A stretch of DNA of 64,000 nt, from positions 37,007,451-37,071,450 of the forward strand of contig JARDVH010000124.1 in NCBI GenBank assembly GCA_030324005.1. The letters are read 5' to 3'. The translations under genes and the position numbers were made by a program. Numbering within the stretch: position 1 is the first letter of the stretch; each line of letters opens with the position of its first letter. This stretch comes from Negaprion brevirostris. Its lineage: Eukaryota. A model generated the notes under the pieces. It was not told the origin of the DNA, did no database searches, and worked only from the letters and a program-made list of their open reading frames with translations. Shown piece by piece: positions 11,746 through 23,169 of the stretch.

Positions 11746-13271
11746 AAGCTAAATACAACCATATTAAGAGATCAGAAAGGGAATTTCCATGGTCCTTGAT
11801 ATTTTCTGCCTTCAAAAAGTTAGATAAATTACAGTGATACCAAGCCTCATTTATTGGATTGTGCATTGAAGTTGCAGTAAATGTATCTTCAATCGTTTTA
11901 TTTGCTCGTTATCTTTATTTTACTTTGTTCAAACTTTTTTTTATCACTAATGGCATGCTGAAGAGGGAATCTTAGCTGGAAGCTAAAATTAGCACATTTT
12001 TAAGCAAAGCAAACAAAGTTTGGACTGAGTTCAAGTTGTATCAGAATGTTAAATAGGCTGTTGCCTTTTGGATGTGATGATTAATACATGATTAGTTCAG
12101 GAGACAAAATCCAACAGCTTTTCCAACAGCGTATCACTTCTTTTCATTCATTTTGTTGGAATTTTTTGACACTTGCAATTCCTTCCTGCCACTAACCTTG
12201 CTACTGGAAAGATTCATTGGAGGTTAATTAAATCCATCGTCAAAACAACGAGAAGCCAATGAGGCATATAATCACTGAAATAGTAAATTAAATGATGCAA
12301 TTGTTTTCCCTTCCATCATTCAACGGGAGGGCAGGAGCTGTGTTATCAATGCAGCTGACTGTATTCTTTCACAACTGGCGATAGGAGCTCCCAGCCCCCA
12401 GAGAATCTGGATGCATGTGGTCATAAACCAGATTTTAATTTGCACAAACAGAGGGGATTAAACTGTATCAGCTCCGGGGTCCTACAAAGCTTCATTATCT
12501 GGGAAGATGACACTGTTAAAGAATAAAAGAGAGGTTATTCCCAGCTGGAATTAACAGCACCACCTATTTGAGATGTAAATTAATACAAACAGGGTAACTG
12601 AGTGGAACAGAAAAGCCAGGACTTTGATCTAATTTGCCAAAGCACTGAGCATAATTAAAACATACGCAGACTGAATGCAGTTATCTTGCATTTTTAATAG
12701 GCCGTAGCACCATTAATGTAATTAATAATAACATGTTTAAAAGTAGCTGCTGCTGTCAGTGCGAGCATGTGTCTGGATCGCAGCAACTGGCAGCTGTGGG
12801 TTTCAGCTGGCATGGTTTGACATGGAGAGACGTTGGTACCAGTAGCGCTCGTCACTGATCGGGGAGCCTGGCGCTGGATGCTGCCACACCTGCCATTCAT
12901 CACACAGTCGACACTGATGATGATTGATGGGGGTTTGGAAGCTCAGAGCTTTTCTTGCCAGGGACTGGCTGCGACTCTTACGGAGTCACCAGCTGTGCCT
13001 TGTTGCCAAGCTTTTTGGAGATGAGACTCATTTCTCTCGAGCTTTATCTTAATCAGGCTGTCATATTCTCAAAATTAATTAAGACTTTGTAAAAGGAGTT
13101 AGTGAGCCAGCTCTATTTTGAATGTTCATCACGACATTTTGAAAAAAAGGGCCGGGAAGGCAATTTAAGTATAAGACGTGGTATTGTAGATGACCATGCT
13201 AGTTTGGATAGCACATAGCAAAGATCACTTATCTTTCTGATGAGTCACAAGTACAATTATCAAGAGTCATT

Positions 13272-13306
13272 TATATATATATATAAATATGTGTGTGTGT
13301 GTGTGT
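13272..13306. repeat. (TA)n/(TG)n microsatellite
   Basis: tatatatatatataaatatgtgtgtgtgtgtgtgt. Confidence 0.9.
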
Positions 13307-16300
13307 GACCATACGGCCTGGCACTTTAGCACTGTATCACCAACTCAATGTGAGCCTGTTATCTTGAGTAGATCATATAATGAAATCCTTCAGAAATCGC
13401 AAGAGACAAGTGTTGCAGGTATGTTATGTAGTGCAGCGAGAGTACATTGACAGCCTGTTATCTTCCTGCTGCTGATTTACCGGCCACTTGTTTGATAATT
13501 TATAATTCCTCTTTTCCTCCTCTTTCAGACCAAAGCAAATATCTTCACCACCTCCCCCCCCCCCAAAGAAAAATAACTTAAAAGCAGTGAAATAAATATT
13601 GTGCCACATATTCCCAAAGTTTATCCAGGCAATGTATTTTTATCCAGAGGCAAAAGAGGTAAAATTAATCAAGACCTCAAACAGTTCAATCTTTGTGCAG
13701 TGAGCAGGTATTAATTATGGTATGGTGTCAGTCTATTACTGGTCAAGTGCAGCTTATTGCTGTGCTAATTGATCCTTTTTAAAGGATAATGGTTACTCAA
13801 AAGTCCTGCGTTGTGCTAATTGATTCTTCTGACAATAACTGCTGTTCTGTGGAAATACATGACCTCCAGTTCAGTTTGCTTATCCTTCCTCAGATTTATC
13901 TCTGTGAAGATTTTTTAATTTTGTTTGTTTTTTTTTCCACTGGAATCCCGAATCTCACAAGAACGCTGCTTTGTGCTTGTCCCATCCGTTGGTTTAACTA
14001 ACATCTGTTTCCAGATGAAATCGGGTGGGCTTCTGGCTGTATCCATCCTCGGAGCCCTCTTCTTATCCTGCACCATTGTTCCCAATTTCATGCTATCAGA
14101 GAGACCGCATGTTTTCCTCAGCCAAGTTGTCAGAGGCATAAAAGCCGAGGAACAGGGTCACAGTTAGAGGGGTGGGCATGAAAAATTGGTAAAATGTATC
14201 AGAAGCCCACCCACCGGATGGTTGCTTAGAGCAGCTCGGATTTAGATTGAACAATCCCAGTTTNNNNNNNNNNNNNNNNNNNNNNNNNNNNNNNNNNNNN
14301 NNNNNNNNNNNNNNNNNNNNNNNNNNNNNNNNNNNNNNNNNNNNNNNNNNNNNNNNNNNNNNNTTTTAAAATTCATTTTCTAGGTACACGCTGCAAATTT
14401 AAACTGCCAGCCTCCTGGCGTAAGAATAACAGCTGACAGAACTGTCTTTCCTTTTGAAATGTTTGATCAAAATGTTGTAAGAAAATAAGATCCCCGGCAC
14501 TTGAATGAATTTGTGTTCAGTGTGCACTCTTTTGTTTCCCAATCTCAATATTTCCCCCGGTTATGACCCAAATTCAATTGGTTTCAAGTAAATTAGTGAT
14601 GTGAGCACTTTGAATGGGTTGAATTGAGCTTATGTTATTGACACTTTCAGCTAAGTTTAAAAAAAGAAACACTTTTGGAGGTCTCCACTTCGCAATGTCC
14701 GACACTGGCGCATTTTTTTAAAACTTCTGAACTATCCGACAGTGGCACATTTCTAAAAAAAGATTCTGAATGATTGGAAGCAATGTCGCTTCCAAAACAG
14801 AGTGCGCCAGTTTGACATTCTCGCACATTGCCAGATATCCCTTGCTAATGAACATCCGAATTCATGCATTGCTGAAAACTTTTTTTTCAAAAAAAGTGTT
14901 CTCGGCATCAATAGAATTTCTTTTTCGAGGCAAAATTGGGAGAGCCGCTCTGCTGAAGAAATGGAGAGCTTTATCCTTCACTTCATAGACGTGTCATGCA
15001 TTTTGTATGTTAAACAGTCTCATGGACATCTGTCATGATTGGTTTTAATCTGCTAGCTAAAAGTCTGGATTTAATCTTGCATTACACCTCTTTGTACTGC
15101 AGTCAGTAAGTGACAGTACTGCCATGAAACAATGACTGTACTCATTCCATCCAATATGCCATGTGGTAAACCCTTTTTTCTGGACCAGTTCTTTAGAAAA
15201 GAATACAAGACAATGAAGCATCTGGTGGGCTTTTCCTGTTTCTAAGTTTTTTTGTTCGTAATTCTACTCAGCCAGGCCGCACATTTCTCCCTTGATGCTA
15301 CTCACCGAGACAGGGTGTGTCAACCGAGTGGTGAGAGGTCAACAGGCCAAAGTGATGAATTTTTATGCTGCTGTTTCTTGTGTTTCTGCTCAGTCACAAT
15401 TTTCTGCTCGCTGTGCTCATGCTGAAAGGAATCACAGTGAGCAATTTGTCCTTCTGAGCGGGGAATTGGACGGCAGATGAGTTAAAAAGTGGAAATCACA
15501 TTGAGCAGAAGAATACACAAATGTCTTCCTGTGGAGAAATAGAATGCTGCTGTCAGAGCTTAACACAAGAAGTACATTGGAGATTTGTGGCCCTCAGTCA
15601 TATAGGATTGACAAATGAATTTATTGGCACTTTTTAAATATTGAAAAGGAAAAGTCGTTAGAGTGGTTTTGGAAATGCATTCCAGATGTTCGACTGAAGG
15701 AAAGCATCACAGCGTTAATGTCTCAACTATAGAATGTTGCATATTCATTCAAATCATTGTGCCTTCCTAATGTGGGCTAGTAGAAGTCTGATAGTATCTT
15801 ATTTAAGATTTTCTTTGCTGCAACAATCCCTTAAAAACATTGGGGCTGGCTTGTAGTGAATTTGCAGAGAGGACCTGCAGTCTATGATCTATCTTTTTGT
15901 GCAACCAGCCATTTGCCCTTGATCTCATATGGGTTTTTAAGTTTTCAAGTGGTCATTCTTCAACCTCTCTGCATTTCAATGCCTCCTTGAATGTTCTTGA
16001 TTCCGTGATTAAACATATTATTCTAGAAATAAATTAAGTCACTGGTATGGCTCCATGCACTGTTCATTTTTTCTGGTTAATCTGGAGTCCTCATTGATCT
16101 CCTAAAGGTTGAAGGTTCATTATGCATTTCAATGATGGTTAAAATATATTTTTGCTGCAATTCTGCCTTCACCTCCTCTCTAACAAATTTAAACCCAAAG
16201 TGCAAGTTATTTTAAAATCACTTTTGTATACAGAAACATTGTTTACGCAACAAATTCTGAGAGTCTCTTCTCAGAGTAATAATACATTTTACATTCCAAA

Positions 16301-17996
16301 ACTAAATTAGGCAGCTTTTAAAAAATTTAAATTGACCTACATAAATATGTTCCTTAGAATTTGAAATACATTAACAATGAGCCAACTTAATTTTTAAATA
16401 TAGGGAAAAACACAAGCATTGCTGTTGTACATTTTCCAAGATGTCCGTGTTTACACCAGCACATTTGGGATGCACTTGTTTTATTATCCCCTTTAGAAAA
16501 TCATTCCTAAATGAAATGAGTATATAAACATCCTGTGTAATTACCAGCCACAATCTCTTTTAGTACGGATACCATAAAACACTTGATAAAACCAGTGCTG
16601 CAGAGAGGTGCGCTAGTTGTGATTAAGCCAGCGGCTAACACTAAAATCTTTTGTAGGTCTGATCTCTGCTTAATAATCCAGTATTAGAAAGGCAGCTAAT
16701 GTAGATTTGGAGAGGGGAAACCGGCTGTAAATGGAAATGAAGCCAGTCTGAGATGGTTTTTGAATTTAGTTAGCTTCGAAGGCATGAGAGGAATGGATTA
16801 TTTATTTTGATCAGCAGTGCAGCAGATTTTTGTGAATCGGAGAAGCGTTAAATCAGTTTGATAGCGTGGCACTCCAGCTTCTCAGAAGATGCTTTAAAAT
16901 CATGACTTTGTTGAATTGTGCCCGCGTGGAGGTTGGTACAATGACTTTTGACAGTGACAGTAACTCTGCCTTGTCCTTTGCAATCCGTTTTACCCATTCA
17001 CTTAGGAAAGCAGCTTAAGCGCACTTAAGTGCATTAGCATTTGGATGCTTGGACCATATTGACCCTTGATTGGAAAGTTTAAATGACTGAAAGATGGACC
17101 GATTTGTTAGGGCTTTAGAAAGCTAGAGGTTTCTGCTTTGGTTTGTTTTGGTACTTGTTCTGATGTGGTGCAGCATTTAAAGGCGACCAGGCTGATTTGT
17201 GACATACGAGTCTAAAGGGCTCTTTGGCTTGATGTGATTAACTAATCTGTGCTTTGAATTTAAAACTCTGAGCCAGTTGTGTTCAGTATGGGAACCAGCT
17301 CTTCTGTGGATTATGTCATTCAAACACAGATGGTACACTGTTCCCTGACCAAAAGGGGAGAAAAAAGGGCAGAGAGGAATGATTTGGTCTGAGTATTCGG
17401 TGGTGTGTGGCCGGATGATTTTTGCATACTAAGATTTTGAAAAACATTATGCAGCGCATTGATTAGATATTGATGTATTTTAATGGCTTCAGCACACACT
17501 GGCGGTATTTGATTTTTGTTCATATTTTAGTGGTTTATCAACTTGACAGTGCAATGAACAAGTTGTCTAGCAGCAGTTTAGGTGACAGGAAATTGTTCAT
17601 TATTCATCCTGTTGCCTGGCCATAATTGAGCCAGTAGGTAGCCATTAGTATTTACTGTACTCAATTATTACCACGTTCTGTCCTTCACCAGAACCTTTGG
17701 TATAAATTCCTATAGCTTCATCATGAATGAAGCTTCCTCATTTAACCACTCTGTATGTACCCATCAATTACGTATTTTCAGATCTATATAGAGAAACCTA
17801 ATGTTTTATTGTATGGCATGACACTTATTTGCACCTGATCTGTTGTTCTGAAAAGATGGAAAAAGATCACAGACTCATTTCTCTGTGAATTCACTACATC
17901 CAGCCTGGGTATCATTTAAAAAAATAGCTTTAGCAAAGAAATTCCTATTGAAGATACTAATTGTTAGATTTGTAGTGGTTCCCATATGAAGGCACA

Positions 17997-18023
17997 ATGA
18001 CTTAAATGACTTAAATGACTTAA
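17997..18023 (+). repeat. 9-bp tandem repeat, three copies
   Basis: atgacttaa x3. Confidence 0.85.
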
Positions 18024-18327
18024 CTATGTTCTAAGTTCCAACTACACTTCTATGAAGAACATTATTTATAAAAAATACATTAAGAATGAACAGAGATTAT
18101 TAGAGATGTATTACCATTATTGGTATTATTTATAGAAATAATTGATTATGCATACAGTTCAAGTCTTCTCACATTATTTTAAGAGACTAAATAATTCCAT
18201 TCACCCATTTGACACAGACTGGCAAAGCTGAACAGTAGCCATGGAGGAGAGTTCAGTCTTCCCATAACAAGAGGAGACTGTAAATCCTCTGGGACTGTCA
18301 GACTCTTTGAAATTCCACCTAAGTAAG

Positions 18328-18465
18328 ATAAAGGCAAAAATATGCAGATGCTGGAATCTGAAGCAAAAGCAGAAAATGCTGGAAAATCTCAGCAAGTCTG
18401 ACAGCATCCATGGGGAGAGAATAGAGCCAACGTTTTGAGTCAGGATGACTCTTCATCAGAGCTGA
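18328..18465 (-). mobile_element. Penelope-like terminal repeat with a mutated hammerhead-like motif
   Basis: tgcagatgctggaatctgaa...aaaatgctggaaaatctcagca...aacgttttgagtcaggatgactcttcatcagagct. The same repeat borders the GIY-YIG relic at 47570. Confidence 0.7.
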
Positions 18466-19598
18466 AAGTTTGTCATTTACANNNNNNNNNNCATTTACAC
18501 ATGTGTAAGGTACCTGTGGAGGGAGTACAGTTTAGCAGTTGCTGAGATAATAGTTGCATATTATTGAGTCTCATTTGAGACGTGCTAATTGTATAGCACT
18601 GATTTCTGTGCCAGAAATGGGACTTGATGAACTTCTTCCCCATTGTGTACAAAGAGAGTGACTTGTTCCCTTGCACAAAACAGAGGAAGTCCCAAAGTAT
18701 TGTTATAACCTTGGTAGAGAGCAGGAATGTGTCTATGTTTTTAATAGAATTGAAAACCTGGCTATTTGCTAAAAGAATGAAACCACATGGTTCATGGTTT
18801 AAATCACAAGAATTTGAAAAACGTTGAAGAACATGAATGTTCATAATGACACTATCTTAAATAGTTGGTTGTATTAAAGAAAGTACAATAAATGGTTTGG
18901 GTGGGTGAGGGGGAATTCTCCAGCTCTGTCAGTCAGAAATCCCAATGCCCCATCGAATGCGGTGCTGGCAAGAAATCGGGATTCCTGCCAGGCCTGAAGG
19001 CAATTGGGANNNNNNNNNNTGGGATTTACCTGACCTGCCTCGCCAGCCCCCAATTGGATTCCCACCCATATCTCTGGGTATCTCACTCACTTTCTCTTTG
19101 TCTTCCCAACTTGGCTATTGGTTATCCCAGAGGTCTAACTCACTGTTAGGTATCCTGCACTTAATAATAAGAGATTTAAAATATTGTAGCCAGAACATGG
19201 AATTTCAAATGCACTCTACTGGGAAGAGATGTACCGAACTCTGTAGCCAGGTTATTTCAGAACTACAAACCTTACCGGAGCCACACCCATGATCTACTCA
19301 CCTTATAATTAACTTCGTGTTGACCTTTTTTCATTCTGTCATTTTTCTCCCGTGGAACCTGGTCACATGATCATTTCTGGGAAGCCAGATGTTTTACCAG
19401 AAATAAAGTCTAAATAAAAGCAAATGGATGGTGGAAATCTGAAATAAAATCAGAAACCAACAAAGACCATCAGCAATGTATAATATAGGACGCAATGCTC
19501 CCAAAAAAATCTAAATCTGGTCTTCAGAGGGAAAGGTGGTATGATTCCCATTGGACAGCTCGGCGCAATTCAGATCATGGCAGTGTAATTCAGATCAA

Positions 19599-19995
19599 GG
19601 TGGCACAGTGATTAACCACTCACAGTGCCAGGGACCTAGGTTCAATTTCCAGGCTTGGATCACNNNNNNNNNNNNNNNNNNNNNNNNNNNNNNNNNNNNN
19701 NNNNNNNNNNNNNNNNNNNNNNNNNNNNNNNNNNNNNNNNNNNNNNNNNNNNNNNNNNNNNNNCACTGCCTGTGCAGAGTCTGCACATTTTCTTCATGTC
19801 TGGGTGGGTTTCCTCCGGGTGCTCCGGTTTCCTCCCACAGTCTGAAAGACGTGCTGGTTAGATGCATTGGCCATGCTAAATTCTCCTTCAGTGTACCCGA
19901 ACAGGCGCCAGAGTGTGAACGACTAGGGGATTTTCATAGTAACTTCATTGCCGTGTCAATGTAAGCCTACTTGTGACATTAATAAATAAACATTA
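19599..19995 (+). mobile_element. V-SINE, tail B, with an internal N gap
   Basis: ggtggcacagtg head, V-domain, tail ending gtaagcctacttgtgacattaataaataaa. Confidence 0.9.
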
Positions 19996-20505
19996 AACCT
20001 ATCCACACTTGGATAATTTTTTGAAAGTTGTGGTGATTTGTGCCATGAAAGGAATTTGCGGGAAATACACTGGTAAGACCAGCTCCAAGAAGGTCAGGGA
20101 GAAGAGCCCGCATAATTTTTTTCCCCCCAAAAGAACGTGGACCATTATAATATATTAAATAATTTATATTCTGGCTCACCAAACTGAAATAAAAATGTTC
20201 TTAAACCTTTGTGAGATGATTTGAACACTAATGTTTGCAGCTGAATCAACAAATGTATTTTTGCCGCTGAATTTAAACTTGAGAACTCCAAGCGGAACTA
20301 TTGCTTCTCTAATTTACTTTTGAAAGAGATCATTTGGCAGTACAGTAAAATTAAAAGCCTGTGCGGTCAATGCTTAATTAATATTTTATTGCATTAGTTT
20401 TGGTCACTCTTATGATAAATTTTGGAAATACAGCAAGCAGCCCAAACATGCCCAATATTTATTTGCTGCACTTCCTTTACCAACTCTTTGTTTTACTGTT
20501 TGTAG

Positions 20506-20601
20506 TCACTCTGTGCATCCGCAACAATGCAGACTATCCGAGCGGCAGACACCAATCAAATTAACAAGTTAATTTTCCGTGAATCAAAGAATGATCGAAA
20601 G
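20506..20601 (+). CDS. INPP5A: INPP5A internal coding exon, 96 nt, phase 0/0
   Basis: Acceptor ttttactgtttgtag| and donor |gtaagt. Translates SLCASATMQTIRAADTNQINKLIFRESKNDRK, matching remembered human INPP5A TLCTKATMQTVRAADTNEVVKLIFRESDNDRK. Confidence 0.95.
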
Positions 20602-20694
20602 GTAAGTCTTAACGTGCAGTGGAAATTACTCATTGTGTGCCCTCGTCTGTGTGATGTGGAAACTGAATTTTAGTGTTTTTCATCTTTACAAAAG

Positions 20695-20769
20695 GTGGTC
20701 CTTCAACTAGAAAAGAAGCTTTTCGATTACTTTAACCAAGATGTATTTCGACAAAACAATGGAGTTGAG
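20695..20769 (+). CDS. INPP5A: INPP5A internal coding exon, 75 nt, phase 0/0
   Basis: Acceptor catctttacaaaag| and donor |gtgggt. Translates VVLQLEKKLFDYFNQDVFRQNNGVE (human VMLQLEKKLFDYFNQEVFRDNNGTA), in frame with the previous exon across a 93-nt intron. Confidence 0.95.
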
Positions 20770-20836
20770 GTGGGTATTCCCTCTTCCAATGTGTATTACA
20801 GTATTGTTAGTTCTACAGGTTTCCACAAAAAAACAG

Positions 20837-20876
20837 TAAAGTTTAAAGTTTATTTGTTTGTGGCACAACTAGGCTT
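20837..20876 (-). mobile_element. Tail-B V-SINE 3' terminus (rest in N gap)
   Basis: taaagtttaaagtttatttgtttgtggcacaactaggctt is the reverse complement of the tail-B end. Confidence 0.6.
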
Positions 20877-20976
20877 NNNNNNNNNNNNNNNNNNNNNNNN
20901 NNNNNNNNNNNNNNNNNNNNNNNNNNNNNNNNNNNNNNNNNNNNNNNNNNNNNNNNNNNNNNNNNNNNNNNNNNNN

Positions 20977-21211
20977 CAGAACATGCATGGGAACACCACC
21001 TGCTGTCGGCTCCCCTTCATGCCGCACACCAGACCACCGTTCCTTTACTGTCTCTGAGTTAAAACCCTGGAATTCACTTTCCAACAGCACTGTGAGTGCA
21101 CCTGCACCATGTGATTGCGGCAGTTCAAGAAGGCAGCTCACCTTGACAAGGGTTGGGCAGTACATGCTGGCCAAACAAGCAATGCCCTGAGCCCGTGAAA
21201 GAGATTAAAAA
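20977..21211 (+). mobile_element. CR1-group LINE 3' end
   Basis: ccgttcctttactgtc...ctggaattcactttccaacagc (WNSL), gcagttcaagaaggcagctcacc, tail resembling the second SINE family. Confidence 0.7.
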
Positions 21212-21654
21212 GTATTAATTGTGCCTTTACAAGTCAGACTAGAAATCCCGGGGCCATCTAGCTTATGCTCTGAATTAAATCTTTAATCTGGCAATATATT
21301 CTGCCGGCATTAATGCTTTCATTATTGGTAATAGGTTCCGCTACTGCAGCTAATAGCAGAAGTAATTGATGTCTGTGTCTTTCAAGGGTTGCGCTTAATC
21401 CAGATCTAATTAATAATTCATTCCGGAAAAACAGTGTTACGCACTTTGTCACATTTAACAGAAATATCTCGGCACTGAATTCTTTTTCATTCTTAATTTC
21501 AATTATGAGATTTATAAGAATTATATAATTTGGGAGTATGGCTTTACGTTTGAGGTAAATGAAAGGAGGGTTTAATGTGATCAGTTCTGATGTGAGCCTG
21601 ACAGTGAGCCTGGGTGGATTGATTGTTGGAGATCAAAGGAAGGCTTAGATTATT

Positions 21655-21955
21655 TCAAAGTTTAATGTTTATTTATGAGTGTCACAGGTAGGCTTACATT
21701 AACACAGCAATGAAGTTACTGTGAAATTCCCCTAGTTGCCACACTCCGGTGCCTGTCCGGGTACACTGTGGGAGAATGCACCTAACCAGCACCTCTTTCT
21801 GACTGTGGGAAGAAACCAAAGCACCCAGAAGAAACCCACACAGACATGGGGAGAACATGCAAACTCCACACAGCTAGTGACCCAAGCCAGGAATCAAACC
21901 CACGCTCCTGGCACTGTGAGACAGCAGTATGAATCCCTGTGCTACCGTACCACCC
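21655..21955 (-). mobile_element. Full-length V-SINE, tail B
   Basis: tttatttatgagtgtcacaggtaggcttac...gaagttactgtgaaa...gccacactccggtgcctg...ggcactgtgagacagcag. Confidence 0.9.
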
Positions 21956-23169
21956 AGTACTGACATGCTGCAGTAAACCAAAGCTTGTGTTAATTTTCTG
22001 AAATTTGATTAACGTTATGTTATTCTTCCTGGCTATATCTGTCTGACCATCCAAACTATCGATACCAGGCAGATTTATTGATGTTATATTTGTTCTTACG
22101 GAAATTTAGATAACACAGCACAATACTACACAATGAAATTACTTATTTCGCCTTGTTTATTGAGTACATTTCTTTATCACGCTGACTTCAAACGGAAACA
22201 AAAGTCAAGAAAGATGTCTTATGGGTGGCTAAATCAATATTCTCAGTTTAACACTTCACCCAAACTCACGGTTGGCCCAGTGTATTTGATCAGAATCTTT
22301 GGTCCAGTCTCCCATATTTAGTAGTGGCACAACTGAGACATCAGGCACCCTAAGGAGTGCTTTGACATTCTGAGAGAGGATAAGCAATGTTGAAACAGAA
22401 AATTGTGCCATTTCTTTTTAATCCCCTCAGTAAGCAGAGGGCCAAGTTTATTGAGATATTCAGTTCCTCAGATCATGTATCATTGTGCCATTTATATGTG
22501 TATGTTCTTTGGTTTTTCACTGTCCTCCATTTTTTGGAGTCTTTTAGACTCAGTGCCTGGCTATGAGATACATTCTGTTAAAGACGTGGCCTCGTGTTCT
22601 TTTAGAGAAAATAAACCTCTCCTTCCGCACTGCACCCGCCCCCACCCCCATCTAACCACTTCTTTGCCATTTATTCCCCTTTCCCCTACTCCACCCTTCC
22701 CTCAGTCGTGGTCCTACCTGAGATCTGTCACCAATGGACCCTTCTGCCCACAGAGCAGTTTCTACAATTAATGGAAGCGGTCAGGTCACTTTTGGTGGGA
22801 ATCCCCATTCTCACAAAAACTCCCAGTTACTGTATGAAGTGGAAGAAATCGTTTCCACTCGCATCAGAAAAAAGGTATTTAAGGAATGAAGAACAAATGT
22901 AAAAATCAGACAGTTGGTTTGTATGCTTGGAGGGTACTAGCACCTGACCACAAAAACACAGTCAGGAAGAGAGAAATGGCAGAAGATGGTTTTATTTATA
23001 ATACTGAATTCTGTGTGTTACATTTTAACACCGCATGTTAATTATTTACCGCATGCTAATCATTGCTATATAGTGGGCCCCACATTAGCGCTTGATTAGC
23101 TTTCTAGTCTCCCTCATTTCTAAAATCTAAAGGAAGCTGCAGGCATTCATTCTTCTTTTTCTTCATCTT

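Noticed and set aside
20770-21057. Extension of the ORF-track frame beyond the INPP5A exon
   Set aside because: Homology stops at the gtgggt donor (20770); the remainder is intron, SINE tail and N gap.
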